Below are positions 48,178-56,621 of a DNA stretch of 64,000 nt, one piece after another; the first letter of the stretch is position 1; each line of letters opens with the position of its first letter. This DNA comes from a virus, in the IMG/VR virus record IMGVR_UViG_3300020596_000014, positions 32,001 to 96,000 of that record; one strand, 5' to 3'. Both the position numbers and the translations under genes were made by a program. The notes under the pieces were generated by a model, which had not been told where the DNA came from, searched no databases, and saw nothing but the letters and a program-made list of their open reading frames with translations.

Positions 48178-50760
48178 ATGGCCGAACGTAGAGGCAATCT
48201 TTTCGCGCAGCTGACTCGACTTTTCAGGTCAGGGCCCATCGTTAAACGGAAGATCAAGACCGTTGACACCCGAGTTGCGCGCGCAGACCCAGCCGGCTCG
48301 AGCAGTGTTCTCCTTTTGTCGAAGACACAAGGTGTTGGCCTCAACGCCTCGCTCAACGGTCAATATGGCCACCAGGAGCGCACTGGACGTCTGCAAGACT
48401 ACAACGAGATGGACGCGTACGCGCTCGTCAACGCGGCGCTCGACATCTATGCCGATGAGTCTGTCGCCCAGGATGCGAACGGCAAGACGATCCACATTCA
48501 TTCGGACAACCCAGCCATCAAGGAGAATCTCGAGGAGCTTCTCTACAACACACTCAATGCCGAGTTCAATCTACGCCCGTGGACACGTAATCTTTGTAAG
48601 TATGGCGACTTCACACTCTATATCGACGTCTCGCCACAATACGGCGTGATTAACGTCATCCCGATCGCTGTTGACGCCATCGCTCGCGAGGAAGGATATG
48701 ACCCCGAGGACCCGCTAGCGGTTCGCTTCCGCTGGACCACATTCGGCAACAAAGTACTTGAGAACTGGGAGGTCGCTCACTTTCGCCTTCTCGGTAACGA
48801 CGCGTTCCTTCCTTACGGCTCTTCTATGATCGACGGCGCCCGCCGCTCGTGGCGTCAGATCGTCATGGTTGAAGACGCGATGCTCGTTTATCGCATTACA
48901 CGAGCTGTCGACCGACGCGTCTTCTATGTCGACGTCGGGGGCGTGGCTCCAGATGAGATCGGCAACTACATGGAAGCCGCCAAGATGAACATCAAGAGTC
49001 AAGGCGTCGTCGACCGAGCAACCGGCAAGGTCGACCAACGCTACGCACCACTCCCGATCAGACGAGACACCCCTGTTCCACTTTTGGACGGACGAACGCT
49101 CACGATCGAGGAGATGGCAAAGGAGCACGAGGCCGGGAAAGTCAACTGGGTCTACTCTGTACAGGATGACACGTTGGAGACCGTACCAGGCAAAGTGATC
49201 TGGTGCGGAAAGAACTACACGGCCGACAGACTTACACGTGTGTGGCTCGACGATGGCAACTACGTTGACACGGCAGGTGAGCACCCGTTCGTCATGCGTG
49301 ATGGCACACATAAGCGAGCGGACGAGCTAAAGCCGGGCGAAGCGTTGATGTCCTTGTACAATGCCGTTGTCTCACGAGTAGAACTTGAGGAAGAGCAGCA
49401 TGTTGGTTACCTCAATCGCAAGGTCGATCGCGTTGAGTGGATAGAGGGAGATGACGTTTATTGTATGACCGTTGTAGGCTCGAATGGCGAAGAGGACCGT
49501 CACAATTTCGCCGTGAATGCTCGCAAACAGGATCAAACAATCGCAACTAACTCTATGATATTGTTGCGAAATTCGATCGAGGAAGACTACTGGGTTGCCA
49601 CACGCGGCGGCGAGACGGGCACCAAGATCGACACGCTCCCGGCTGGCACGAACGCTGCCAACGTCGAGGACGTCGAGTACATTAAGAGGCAACTCATCGC
49701 AGCTCTAAAGGTTCCTGCTGCTTACCTTGGCTACAACGACGCCATCCCGGGCTCGTCCGGACTCGCGCAGGTAGACATCCGCTTCTCACGAACCGTTAAC
49801 ATGGTTCAGCGAACAATCGTCAGTGAGCTCAATAAGATCGCGATGATTCACCTGTACGCTAGCGGCTTCCGTGGCGATGATCTCACTGACTTCGAGATCA
49901 GTCTCAGCAACCCTTCGACCATCGCACAGCAGCAAAAGCTCGAGTTGCTCCGCTCACGGTTTGAGATTGCAGGTACCATGCCGATGGTCGGTGAGTCTCC
50001 GCTGATGAGCGAGCGTTGGCTGTTCCGCAACGTCATAGGGTTGAACGATCAGGAGATCTTGCAGGTCCGACGCGAACGACTCGACGACGTGCGAGCGAAA
50101 GGCGCACTCGAAGCGGCCGGCGCGCTATCTGGCGGCGGAGAAGGTGCCGATGCTGGGGAAGCCCCCGCTGACGAAGACCTCGGAGGCGTTGATGCGGCCG
50201 CGCCGCCTGCTGAACCTGGACTTGAGACGGCTGCAGACGACAACCGCGGGCAAGGTGACGTTATCACCTCGGTTGGCGGTAACGGCGCTCGTTTGAGAGA
50301 AGCCGACGGCCCTGTCAAGATTGCCACTCATCTTAGAGTCGCGATGACGAACCGCCGTCGCAACCTTCGACGTCGCGGCAACGGGTTCCCTAAGATCGCT
50401 GACCGCGCCGTCACCGGCGCCACTGCCAAGCCGGCGTCGCCCACCGATGGTCTACATGAGGCATTCGAAGATCTCTACGAAGACGAGATCGAGCGTATGC
50501 ATGACGAGACCCCTGACAACAAGAACGAAAATAGAACGTCAGTCTCGCCGATGTTCGGAATGGTTGAGCTTCGCATGTTACACGGTCTCGCGAGTCACAA
50601 GAATATCGAAGAACCCAAAACCGACGATTGGAAGAAGAGTCGGACCATACGAACACTGTCTGAGAGTTACAAACCAAAGCAGCTTATGGTGGAACATGTG
50701 AGCGTAGAAGAGTTTGAGTTATACGACGACGAAGACGACGACAAGGAGCCGACTACTTAA
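48178..50760 (+). CDS. portal protein (T4 gp20-like) containing an intein
   Basis: ALDIYADE, EDAMLVYRITRA..RRVFYVDVG, EEDYW..RG...T.IDTLP, EDVEY...L..ALKVP, DIRFSR. Confidence 0.93.
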   Translation: MAERRGNLFAQLTRLFRSGPIVKRKIKTVDTRVARADPAGSSSVLLLSKTQGVGLNASLNGQYGHQERTGRLQDYNEMDAYALVNAALDIYADESVAQDANGKTIHIHSDNPAIKENLEELLYNTLNAEFNLRPWTRNLCKYGDFTLYIDVSPQYGVINVIPIAVDAIAREEGYDPEDPLAVRFRWTTFGNKVLENWEVAHFRLLGNDAFLPYGSSMIDGARRSWRQIVMVEDAMLVYRITRAVDRRVFYVDVGGVAPDEIGNYMEAAKMNIKSQGVVDRATGKVDQRYAPLPIRRDTPVPLLDGRTLTIEEMAKEHEAGKVNWVYSVQDDTLETVPGKVIWCGKNYTADRLTRVWLDDGNYVDTAGEHPFVMRDGTHKRADELKPGEALMSLYNAVVSRVELEEEQHVGYLNRKVDRVEWIEGDDVYCMTVVGSNGEEDRHNFAVNARKQDQTIATNSMILLRNSIEEDYWVATRGGETGTKIDTLPAGTNAANVEDVEYIKRQLIAALKVPAAYLGYNDAIPGSSGLAQVDIRFSRTVNMVQRTIVSELNKIAMIHLYASGFRGDDLTDFEISLSNPSTIAQQQKLELLRSRFEIAGTMPMVGESPLMSERWLFRNVIGLNDQEILQVRRERLDDVRAKGALEAAGALSGGGEGADAGEAPADEDLGGVDAAAPPAEPGLETAADDNRGQGDVITSVGGNGARLREADGPVKIATHLRVAMTNRRRNLRRRGNGFPKIADRAVTGATAKPASPTDGLHEAFEDLYEDEIERMHDETPDNKNENRTSVSPMFGMVELRMLHGLASHKNIEEPKTDDWKKSRTIRTLSESYKPKQLMVEHVSVEEFELYDDEDDDKEPTT
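49054..49572 (+). mobile_element. 173-aa mini-intein in the portal, Pro-initiated
   Basis: Interrupts RYAPL|SIEEDY; PIRRDTPVPLLDG (block A), TAGEHPF..RDG (block B), DVYCMTV..HNFAV (block F), LLRN|S (block G). Confidence 0.85.
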
Positions 50761-51632
50761 TGGCTATGACAGCGCCGCGCCGCCCCAACAAGAAACGCAA
50801 CGCGTTGCTCGCGTTCGAATTCCTCACCAAGGAAGCGTCGCGTCGCGTTGTCGCGGGCGATACCTCTGGTGCTGAACGTGTCGTCGGTCTAATCAAGGAA
50901 TGCTTCGCCTCGGGCACCGAGCTTCACCGTGAACTTCGTCTGGCCCGCTCACTGTGCGTCACTCGTGTGTCCTCGCCGGCCGTGGCGGCGCACATTCTCA
51001 CTGAGGCACGTAACATCACACGCTCCATCGACGCGACGAAGGTGAACGCCGAGAAGACTAATCTTATCGTCCGTGTCGAGCGTGAGATCGATAAGAGCGG
51101 AATCGTATACGAGGAGTCGCTCCCAAACTACCGTCTATTGTCGACAATCGGCACACTCATCTCGGATTGGCGCACCGGCTCGGATGACCTGCAGCGCATC
51201 GCCACATACGAGGACCAACTGATGGAGCACCTCACAACAGCTGTTGTGACGGTTGAGCCCGTTGAGGACCCGGCCTCAGGCATGTCCGCGGGTGAACGTC
51301 GCGCTTTGATTGCGATCATGTCCCGTAAACTTGAGGATAAGTGGGGCTCGTCCCTAACCAAGGACCAGAAGTCCCTCCTCCGCGAGTACGTGCTCGCTAA
51401 GGAGCCAGCCTCTCTACTCGAGCGTCTGCGCGCCATCCAGACCTCTGCCTCCAAGTGTTTAGACGAATGTCGCGCCCTCCCTGAGAAGACCGACTACTTC
51501 GTCGAGCGCGTTGACGACTCGAAGCGCGCGGTCGCCTCACAGGTGATCGATGAAGTCAACGATGAGACGGTGGGCCTCGGCCTGCTGTATCTCAAACTCA
51601 TCGCCGAGACAACAGAAGAGGAATCGCGATGA
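50760..51632 (+). CDS. hypothetical protein of the head-assembly cluster
   Basis: Between portal and protease; NKKRNALLAFEFL. Confidence 0.7.
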   Translation: MAMTAPRRPNKKRNALLAFEFLTKEASRRVVAGDTSGAERVVGLIKECFASGTELHRELRLARSLCVTRVSSPAVAAHILTEARNITRSIDATKVNAEKTNLIVRVEREIDKSGIVYEESLPNYRLLSTIGTLISDWRTGSDDLQRIATYEDQLMEHLTTAVVTVEPVEDPASGMSAGERRALIAIMSRKLEDKWGSSLTKDQKSLLREYVLAKEPASLLERLRAIQTSASKCLDECRALPEKTDYFVERVDDSKRAVASQVIDEVNDETVGLGLLYLKLIAETTEEESR

Positions 51633-52234
51633 ACGACAAGAAGCTTCTTACCAGCTTCCAACCTCTTGAGATCGACGTCGCGTCGCTCAAAGAGAATCGA
51701 GAGCTGAACGGCGGAAAGATCATCCTGCGTGGCATTATGCAACGTGCCGACGCCGTCAACCAAAACGGCCGCATCTACCCGCGTTTGATCCTCGAGCGCG
51801 AGGTCGAGAACTACCAAAAGTTCATCCGCGAGCGTCGCGCGCTCGGCGAGCTCGACCACCCCACGGCCAGCGTCGTGAACCTGCAGAACGCTTCTCACCT
51901 TGTCACCGAGGTCCGCTGGGAAGGCGACGCCGTCATGGGTGTTATCGAGCTGCTCAGCACACCCATGGGCAAGATCGCTCAGAGTCTCGTTGAGGACGGT
52001 GTCAAGCTTGGCATCTCGTCGCGCGGAGTCGGCTCTACGAAGCCGCACGGTGAGTACGACATGGTCGATGACGACTTCATGCTGCTATGTTTCGATTTGG
52101 TAAGTGAACCGTCGACTTCAGGAGCCTTTATGTTGAGGGAAAACAAGGTGTTAGACCCTCGAGCTCATCTTACTCGTACTGATCGCATTGACAGAGTTCT
52201 CACCGATATCCTTCGATCCAATTTTAAGACGTGA
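51629..52234 (+). CDS. prohead protease (T4 gp21-like)
   Basis: NQNGRIYP, ALGELDHP, ASH, LGISSRGVGS, FDLVSEPST. Confidence 0.93.
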   Translation: MNDKKLLTSFQPLEIDVASLKENRELNGGKIILRGIMQRADAVNQNGRIYPRLILEREVENYQKFIRERRALGELDHPTASVVNLQNASHLVTEVRWEGDAVMGVIELLSTPMGKIAQSLVEDGVKLGISSRGVGSTKPHGEYDMVDDDFMLLCFDLVSEPSTSGAFMLRENKVLDPRAHLTRTDRIDRVLTDILRSNFKT

Positions 52235-52355
52235 GCGAAAACAGTTCGAAAACATTACACTCGAGCGTTACTTCACAAACTTTCGACCATCCGCGGACAG
52301 GCGCCGCTGAGGGCATGAATCTTTCCTAGAGACGCCTACGTAGACGACGAGGAAC

Positions 52356-52787
52356 ATGGCTCAGAACAACGTATGCCCCGGATTCAACGCAGCCGCCGAA
52401 TACACGGTCTCTGGCATCCCACATGTGGTGAGCGGCTCGGCTACGTCTACGCCAACCGTTATCGAGTTTCCGTTCGTGACGCGAGCGATCACGATCGCAA
52501 ATAATTCAGTTGTTGGCACGGTACTAGAAGTCGGATTCACGTTGAATGGCGTGAATCTTGCGAACCGTTTCCCGCTAGATGGCAAGCAGACGCAACGCTT
52601 CGAAGTTCGTGTTCGCGACCTGTGGTTGAGATCTGAATCGAATGTGACGGCTAGTTTCGGTGTGCTTGCCGAGCTCACCGCCATCGAGCGTAGACAGATG
52701 TTGCCGCTCACTGGGTCTGTCGACATGTTGACGTATGCTGGTCAGTTGGCCGCTACCGGCTCGATCGTTTGGCCAGGCGTTGGTTGA
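52356..52787 (+). CDS. putative virion structural/decoration protein
   Basis: TACGTA and GAGG upstream; beta-rich; three [ST]GS motifs. Confidence 0.6.
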   Translation: MAQNNVCPGFNAAAEYTVSGIPHVVSGSATSTPTVIEFPFVTRAITIANNSVVGTVLEVGFTLNGVNLANRFPLDGKQTQRFEVRVRDLWLRSESNVTASFGVLAELTAIERRQMLPLTGSVDMLTYAGQLAATGSIVWPGVG

Positions 52788-53244
52788 GCTCGTACGTCGT
52801 CCGGACCCTCGTCTGAAGCAATCTTGTCGCGAGGTAAATCAAAGAGACTTGCCTGAGTTGCGCGTCTTCATTGACCAGATGCTTGATATCATGTACACAT
52901 ACGAAGGCGTCGGTTTAGCCGCTCCGCAGGTCGGCTGGAACATTCGCGTGATTGTCGTCGATCCTTCAAACGGCGAAGATGACAAAGCATGTCGTGTGAT
53001 GATCAACCCATCGTTCGAGAGCGTCTCTCTCGAGAAAGAAGTGTGCATGGAGGGTTGTCTCTCGTTACCTGGGGAGTTTTACAACGTTGAGAGGTCAACG
53101 TCGATTCTCGCTCGCTGGCAGGACTTGGACGGCGCTTCTCACGAATCTTGGTTATATGCCGTGGAGGCTCGCATTGTGTTGCATGAGCTTGACCATCTGA
53201 CAGGCATACTTATTTCTGATCATGGATCGAAAAAACGTAAATAA
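52780..53244 (+). CDS. def: peptide deformylase (C-terminally short)
   Basis: GVGLAAPQVG, EGCLS, HELDHL; start uncertain (TTG 52780). Confidence 0.93.
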   Translation: MVELVRRPDPRLKQSCREVNQRDLPELRVFIDQMLDIMYTYEGVGLAAPQVGWNIRVIVVDPSNGEDDKACRVMINPSFESVSLEKEVCMEGCLSLPGEFYNVERSTSILARWQDLDGASHESWLYAVEARIVLHELDHLTGILISDHGSKKRK

Positions 53245-53345
53245 CTTGGCATTTGTTATGATTTGGACAACGTAGTGAGTTGTTGCGTTACGCATAATCT
53301 CGTTCGAGGTAATCGATTTTCGCCAACTGAAATTACTTGGAAGTA
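53222..53345 (+). pseudogene. HNH endonuclease remnant
   Basis: MDRKN.. then, after a frameshift, LGICYDLDNVVSCCVTHNLVRGNRFS, similar to the DR.DN..GY..DNVV.CC..CN type of HNH. Confidence 0.55.
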
Positions 53346-53387
53346 TAATAGCAAGCATCAAACAATTGAGAGCTACACTTAAGCATT

Positions 53388-53900
53388 GTGAAGATCGGTA
53401 AACAGGCTCTCAAAGCCCTCATCAAAGAATGTCTCGTCGAGATCCTGGCCGAAGGCCTGGGCTCAAATCTGAGTGAGGCGGTCAAGACTGCCCCGAGGCA
53501 TGACTCGCGCAACCGCGACAGCGAGCCGCTGCCCGGGCACGCGCAACCTCGTCAGATCCAGTACGCGAAACCGCAGCGTCAGGCTCAGCATCTCGATGAG
53601 CGCGTAGCGTCTAGACGCATGACAACCGCTTCTATCCCGGCTGAGATCAGCGCGATCACTCGCGACCCTGTGATGGCCGCGATCTTCGCTGACACGGCGC
53701 AGACAACGTTACAAGAGCAGGCTCGCGGCGTGATGCCCGGTGATACCGCTGCTCAAGTCGCGGCTCGCGCCGCCCCTGAACAGATGTTCGACGAAGCGAC
53801 AATGGACAAATGGAATCAGGCAGCGTTTCAGTCTAGTCGACCCGGCCCGATCGGTTTGCCCACCGACTTCTTACAAGACTTACTCAAAGGCAATCGATGA
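53388..53900 (+). CDS. hypothetical protein, candidate prohead/internal protein
   Basis: MKIGKQALKALIKECLVEILAE. Confidence 0.7.
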   Translation: MKIGKQALKALIKECLVEILAEGLGSNLSEAVKTAPRHDSRNRDSEPLPGHAQPRQIQYAKPQRQAQHLDERVASRRMTTASIPAEISAITRDPVMAAIFADTAQTTLQEQARGVMPGDTAAQVAARAAPEQMFDEATMDKWNQAAFQSSRPGPIGLPTDFLQDLLKGNR

Positions 53901-54058
53901 CGAAGGCTCCGTGGTTCCGTCACGGTCTTAAGAAAACTAAGCGATGGCTACGGTGGGCACGTCGCACTAGCAGCCCGATTCGACATGAGATCACAGAAGC
54001 GTTTGAGCGCTGTTTGCGCAAGAAACATAAACGCTCTTCCGAGCGTTTTGCTGACTGA
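53897..54058 (+). CDS. small basic hypothetical protein (53 aa)
   Basis: ATGA-coupled; MTKAPWFRHGLKKTKRWLRWARR... Confidence 0.4.
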   Translation: MTKAPWFRHGLKKTKRWLRWARRTSSPIRHEITEAFERCLRKKHKRSSERFAD

Positions 54059-54083
54059 CGCGTGCATGTTTGCACGAGCCCAG

Positions 54084-54089
54084 TAGTTA
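54084..54089 (+). promoter_or_regulatory. TANNTA putative late promoter (TAGTTA) for the scaffold-MCP operon
   Basis: Upstream of ATG 54112, just after the hairpin cgtgca-tgtt-tgcacg (54061-54076). Confidence 0.5.
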
Positions 54090-54111
54090 ACACGCGAGGC
54101 GCCACAAACTT

Positions 54112-54369
54112 ATGAAGATTCGTTACAGCAAGTTCAAGCAGATTGTCATCGAGGAGATGATCAACCTGGGCCTCCTGCCCGACCTTACCGAGGCTGACAA
54201 GGCCAAATTAAAGTCTGTCGAGGATGAGGAAGGCAAGGAGATCGAACCGGGTGACGAGGCAGACACCCTCGCAAAGAAGACCAACTTCCAGAAGGCTCTT
54301 AAAATCAAGGAAGCAAAGCTTCTGAAGGCGCTCGGCGAGACGCGTAATCAACTCAAGCGGATCCGCTGA
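54112..54369 (+). CDS. small prohead-associated protein
   Basis: TAGTTA upstream; MKIRYSKFKQIVIEE...LTE. Confidence 0.65.
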   Translation: MKIRYSKFKQIVIEEMINLGLLPDLTEADKAKLKSVEDEEGKEIEPGDEADTLAKKTNFQKALKIKEAKLLKALGETRNQLKRIR

Positions 54370-54404
54370 GCAACAAGCATCGAGACTGAAGAAGGGATAA
54401 CAAC

Positions 54405-54980
54405 ATGGCTGGCCAAGGCAAGTACACCAACTACGCACCCGTGCAGAAGGATCTCACCACCGGTGGGAGCACGCCTCCTACTATGGGTAAGGCGAACTAC
54501 CCCCTGCTTAACATGCTGTACGGAACGCGACCGGACGTGATCCCGCTGGACAACAGCCCGGCGTCGCTTAAGCCGATTACGGACCGCGGCAACGCTCTTC
54601 TCAGTCCCATCAAGGCGGAAGCGGACCCGATCTGGTTTCCCAAGGGAGTCTATCTCAACTTTCTGAATCCAGACCCTTCGTACTCGGCGCCGGACGTGCC
54701 AAATATCGACATGACCAAGATTGGACCGGGTGGACCCTCTTCCCCCTACTTCCCGAATCTCACGTCAACCGACCAGTCGGGCGCCGGCAGCATCGAGCCT
54801 GTCGTCGCAATCCCACTGGGTATCAACGAAGCGGACGGCACACAAGACGTCGTGCTCGGCTCGACCAACGGTACGGCTAACCCGGCTGTGACCTCTCTCA
54901 ACATGTATCTGGGCAACAAGCTTGGAGAGAGTTCTCTACTCCCCGGCTTCCGCCCCGGTAGAACGCTTCCGGAGTACTGA
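54405..54980 (+). CDS. Pro-rich hypothetical protein of the head cluster
   Basis: 191-aa ORF with AAGGGA upstream. Confidence 0.7.
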   Translation: MAGQGKYTNYAPVQKDLTTGGSTPPTMGKANYPLLNMLYGTRPDVIPLDNSPASLKPITDRGNALLSPIKAEADPIWFPKGVYLNFLNPDPSYSAPDVPNIDMTKIGPGGPSSPYFPNLTSTDQSGAGSIEPVVAIPLGINEADGTQDVVLGSTNGTANPAVTSLNMYLGNKLGESSLLPGFRPGRTLPEY

Positions 54981-54985
54981 TTGAA

Positions 54986-56590
54986 ATGTCGAACAAACCG
55001 AAGACCGTTTTCGACGAGGCGATCGCCGACGTCAAGAAGCTGAAGGAGCTCGCGGAGTCGCGCGCTCGTGACGCTGTTCTCCAGAAGATTGAGCCGCAGC
55101 TCAAGCGCCTCGTCGAGCAACATCTGTTCAACGAAGGCGATGACCCTGAGGATTGCGATCACGACTACGAGGACGGTGGCGACATCTGCTCCAAGTGCGA
55201 CGCCATGGCCCCCATGGATGAGAACACGCTTGCGGCCGGCGGCGTTCAGGGCAGCATGGGCGGTCCCGGTCCGACCGAAGAGATCGACGAGCTGCAGTAC
55301 GAAGTCGCCGAAGGCGCCGAGGGAACTCTCGCGCAGCTCGCCGACTTTGCGCACCCTGTTACCGACGACCGCTTTGCGGTCGAAGTGTACCGGTTGCAAG
55401 AAGACATTCAACATCTTGTGGTCGCAGATCGCAAGGAAAAGCTGTCTAAGCCGTTCTCCAGCAAACTGGAAGAGGCAATCTCGAAACTTGAAGATATGTA
55501 CGCTTACCTCAGGGAGTCATATACCGGCACTGACCGGGACGCCATTGAGATCAAGCTGGAGAAAGGTTACGGCTTGGTAAACGCCGTCAAGGAGTCAACG
55601 ATGAAGATGCGTGATTTGCTCAACGAGGAAGATCTGACCGTGAAGATTAACAATCTTCCTGATGGGGTTGACCCCGACGCCATCACAATCGATGTCGTGT
55701 CCGACGAGACCGATGTCGATCCGATGGCAACCGATCCTGCGGCTCCGCCCGCGGCAACCGGCGCCCCCCCGATGCCCACTGCTGAAGGCGATGATGATGA
55801 CGACGAGGTTCTTGAGATCTCCGAAGCCGATCTGAGGGTAGAGCTATCTCGCCTCAAGGGTCTTCGTGAGGGCGACGCTGCTCCTCCGGCGACCAAGGGT
55901 AACGGCTTGGGCAACTCTAAGAAGTCGTTTGGCGACGCGCGCGACGAAGGCGATGCCTTCGAGAGCCCCGACTCTGAGCTCGACGGCATCGATGAGGCTG
56001 ACGGCGACGACGTCGTCGAGACCGACGAAGTGAAGATGGAGTCTGTCCGCAAGCGCCTCGCTCGTGCGGCCAAGCGCCTTTCCGAATCCCGCGGCTCTGA
56101 CCGTGAGAACTTCGCCCGCGCGATGTACCGTTCCGCCGTCAAGGCGTATCGCGGCACACGTCAGGCGATCAGCGAGTCCAAGACTCGCAATACTTTCGCT
56201 ACCGGTCGCATGAATGCGCCGGCTAGCAAGCAGCTCGCAGAGGCGAATGCCAAACTCGCGAAAGCGAATAAGGCTCTCGTCGAGGCGCAGCTTCTCAACG
56301 CCAAACTGATCCACGCGAATAAGCTCCTGAGGCTCGAGGGTCTCACCAAGGCACAACAGGCCATGGTGATCGACAGACTCGACGAGGCTCGGAACTTGCG
56401 AGAGGTGCGGCTCATCAGCGAGAACATCAAGGCTGTTCTCGTTGGCAGCAAGGGTTCGGTCAACGAATCCGCCTCGCGGCGCCCGTCGGGCTCCGCTTCC
56501 CGTCCGAGCCACTCCGGCGCGGCGTCTGCACAGCCCCTCACTGAGGGTCTCGAGACGGCACGTTGGGCGACGCTCGCCGGACTCAAGTGA
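54986..56590 (+). CDS. prohead scaffold/core protein
   Basis: Directly upstream of MCP; acidic middle; LLNAKLIHANKL coiled coil; many [LIV]xE sites; ends RWATLAGLK. Confidence 0.75.
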   Translation: MSNKPKTVFDEAIADVKKLKELAESRARDAVLQKIEPQLKRLVEQHLFNEGDDPEDCDHDYEDGGDICSKCDAMAPMDENTLAAGGVQGSMGGPGPTEEIDELQYEVAEGAEGTLAQLADFAHPVTDDRFAVEVYRLQEDIQHLVVADRKEKLSKPFSSKLEEAISKLEDMYAYLRESYTGTDRDAIEIKLEKGYGLVNAVKESTMKMRDLLNEEDLTVKINNLPDGVDPDAITIDVVSDETDVDPMATDPAAPPAATGAPPMPTAEGDDDDDEVLEISEADLRVELSRLKGLREGDAAPPATKGNGLGNSKKSFGDARDEGDAFESPDSELDGIDEADGDDVVETDEVKMESVRKRLARAAKRLSESRGSDRENFARAMYRSAVKAYRGTRQAISESKTRNTFATGRMNAPASKQLAEANAKLAKANKALVEAQLLNAKLIHANKLLRLEGLTKAQQAMVIDRLDEARNLREVRLISENIKAVLVGSKGSVNESASRRPSGSASRPSHSGAASAQPLTEGLETARWATLAGLK

Positions 56591-56621
56591 TCAAGACACG
56601 TTGAACCAGGAATAATCAATC

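Noticed and set aside
52234-52336. Possible fifth endonuclease remnant after the prohead protease
   Set aside because: The protease 3' codon shift is suggestive, but I could not read any nuclease motif in the gap.
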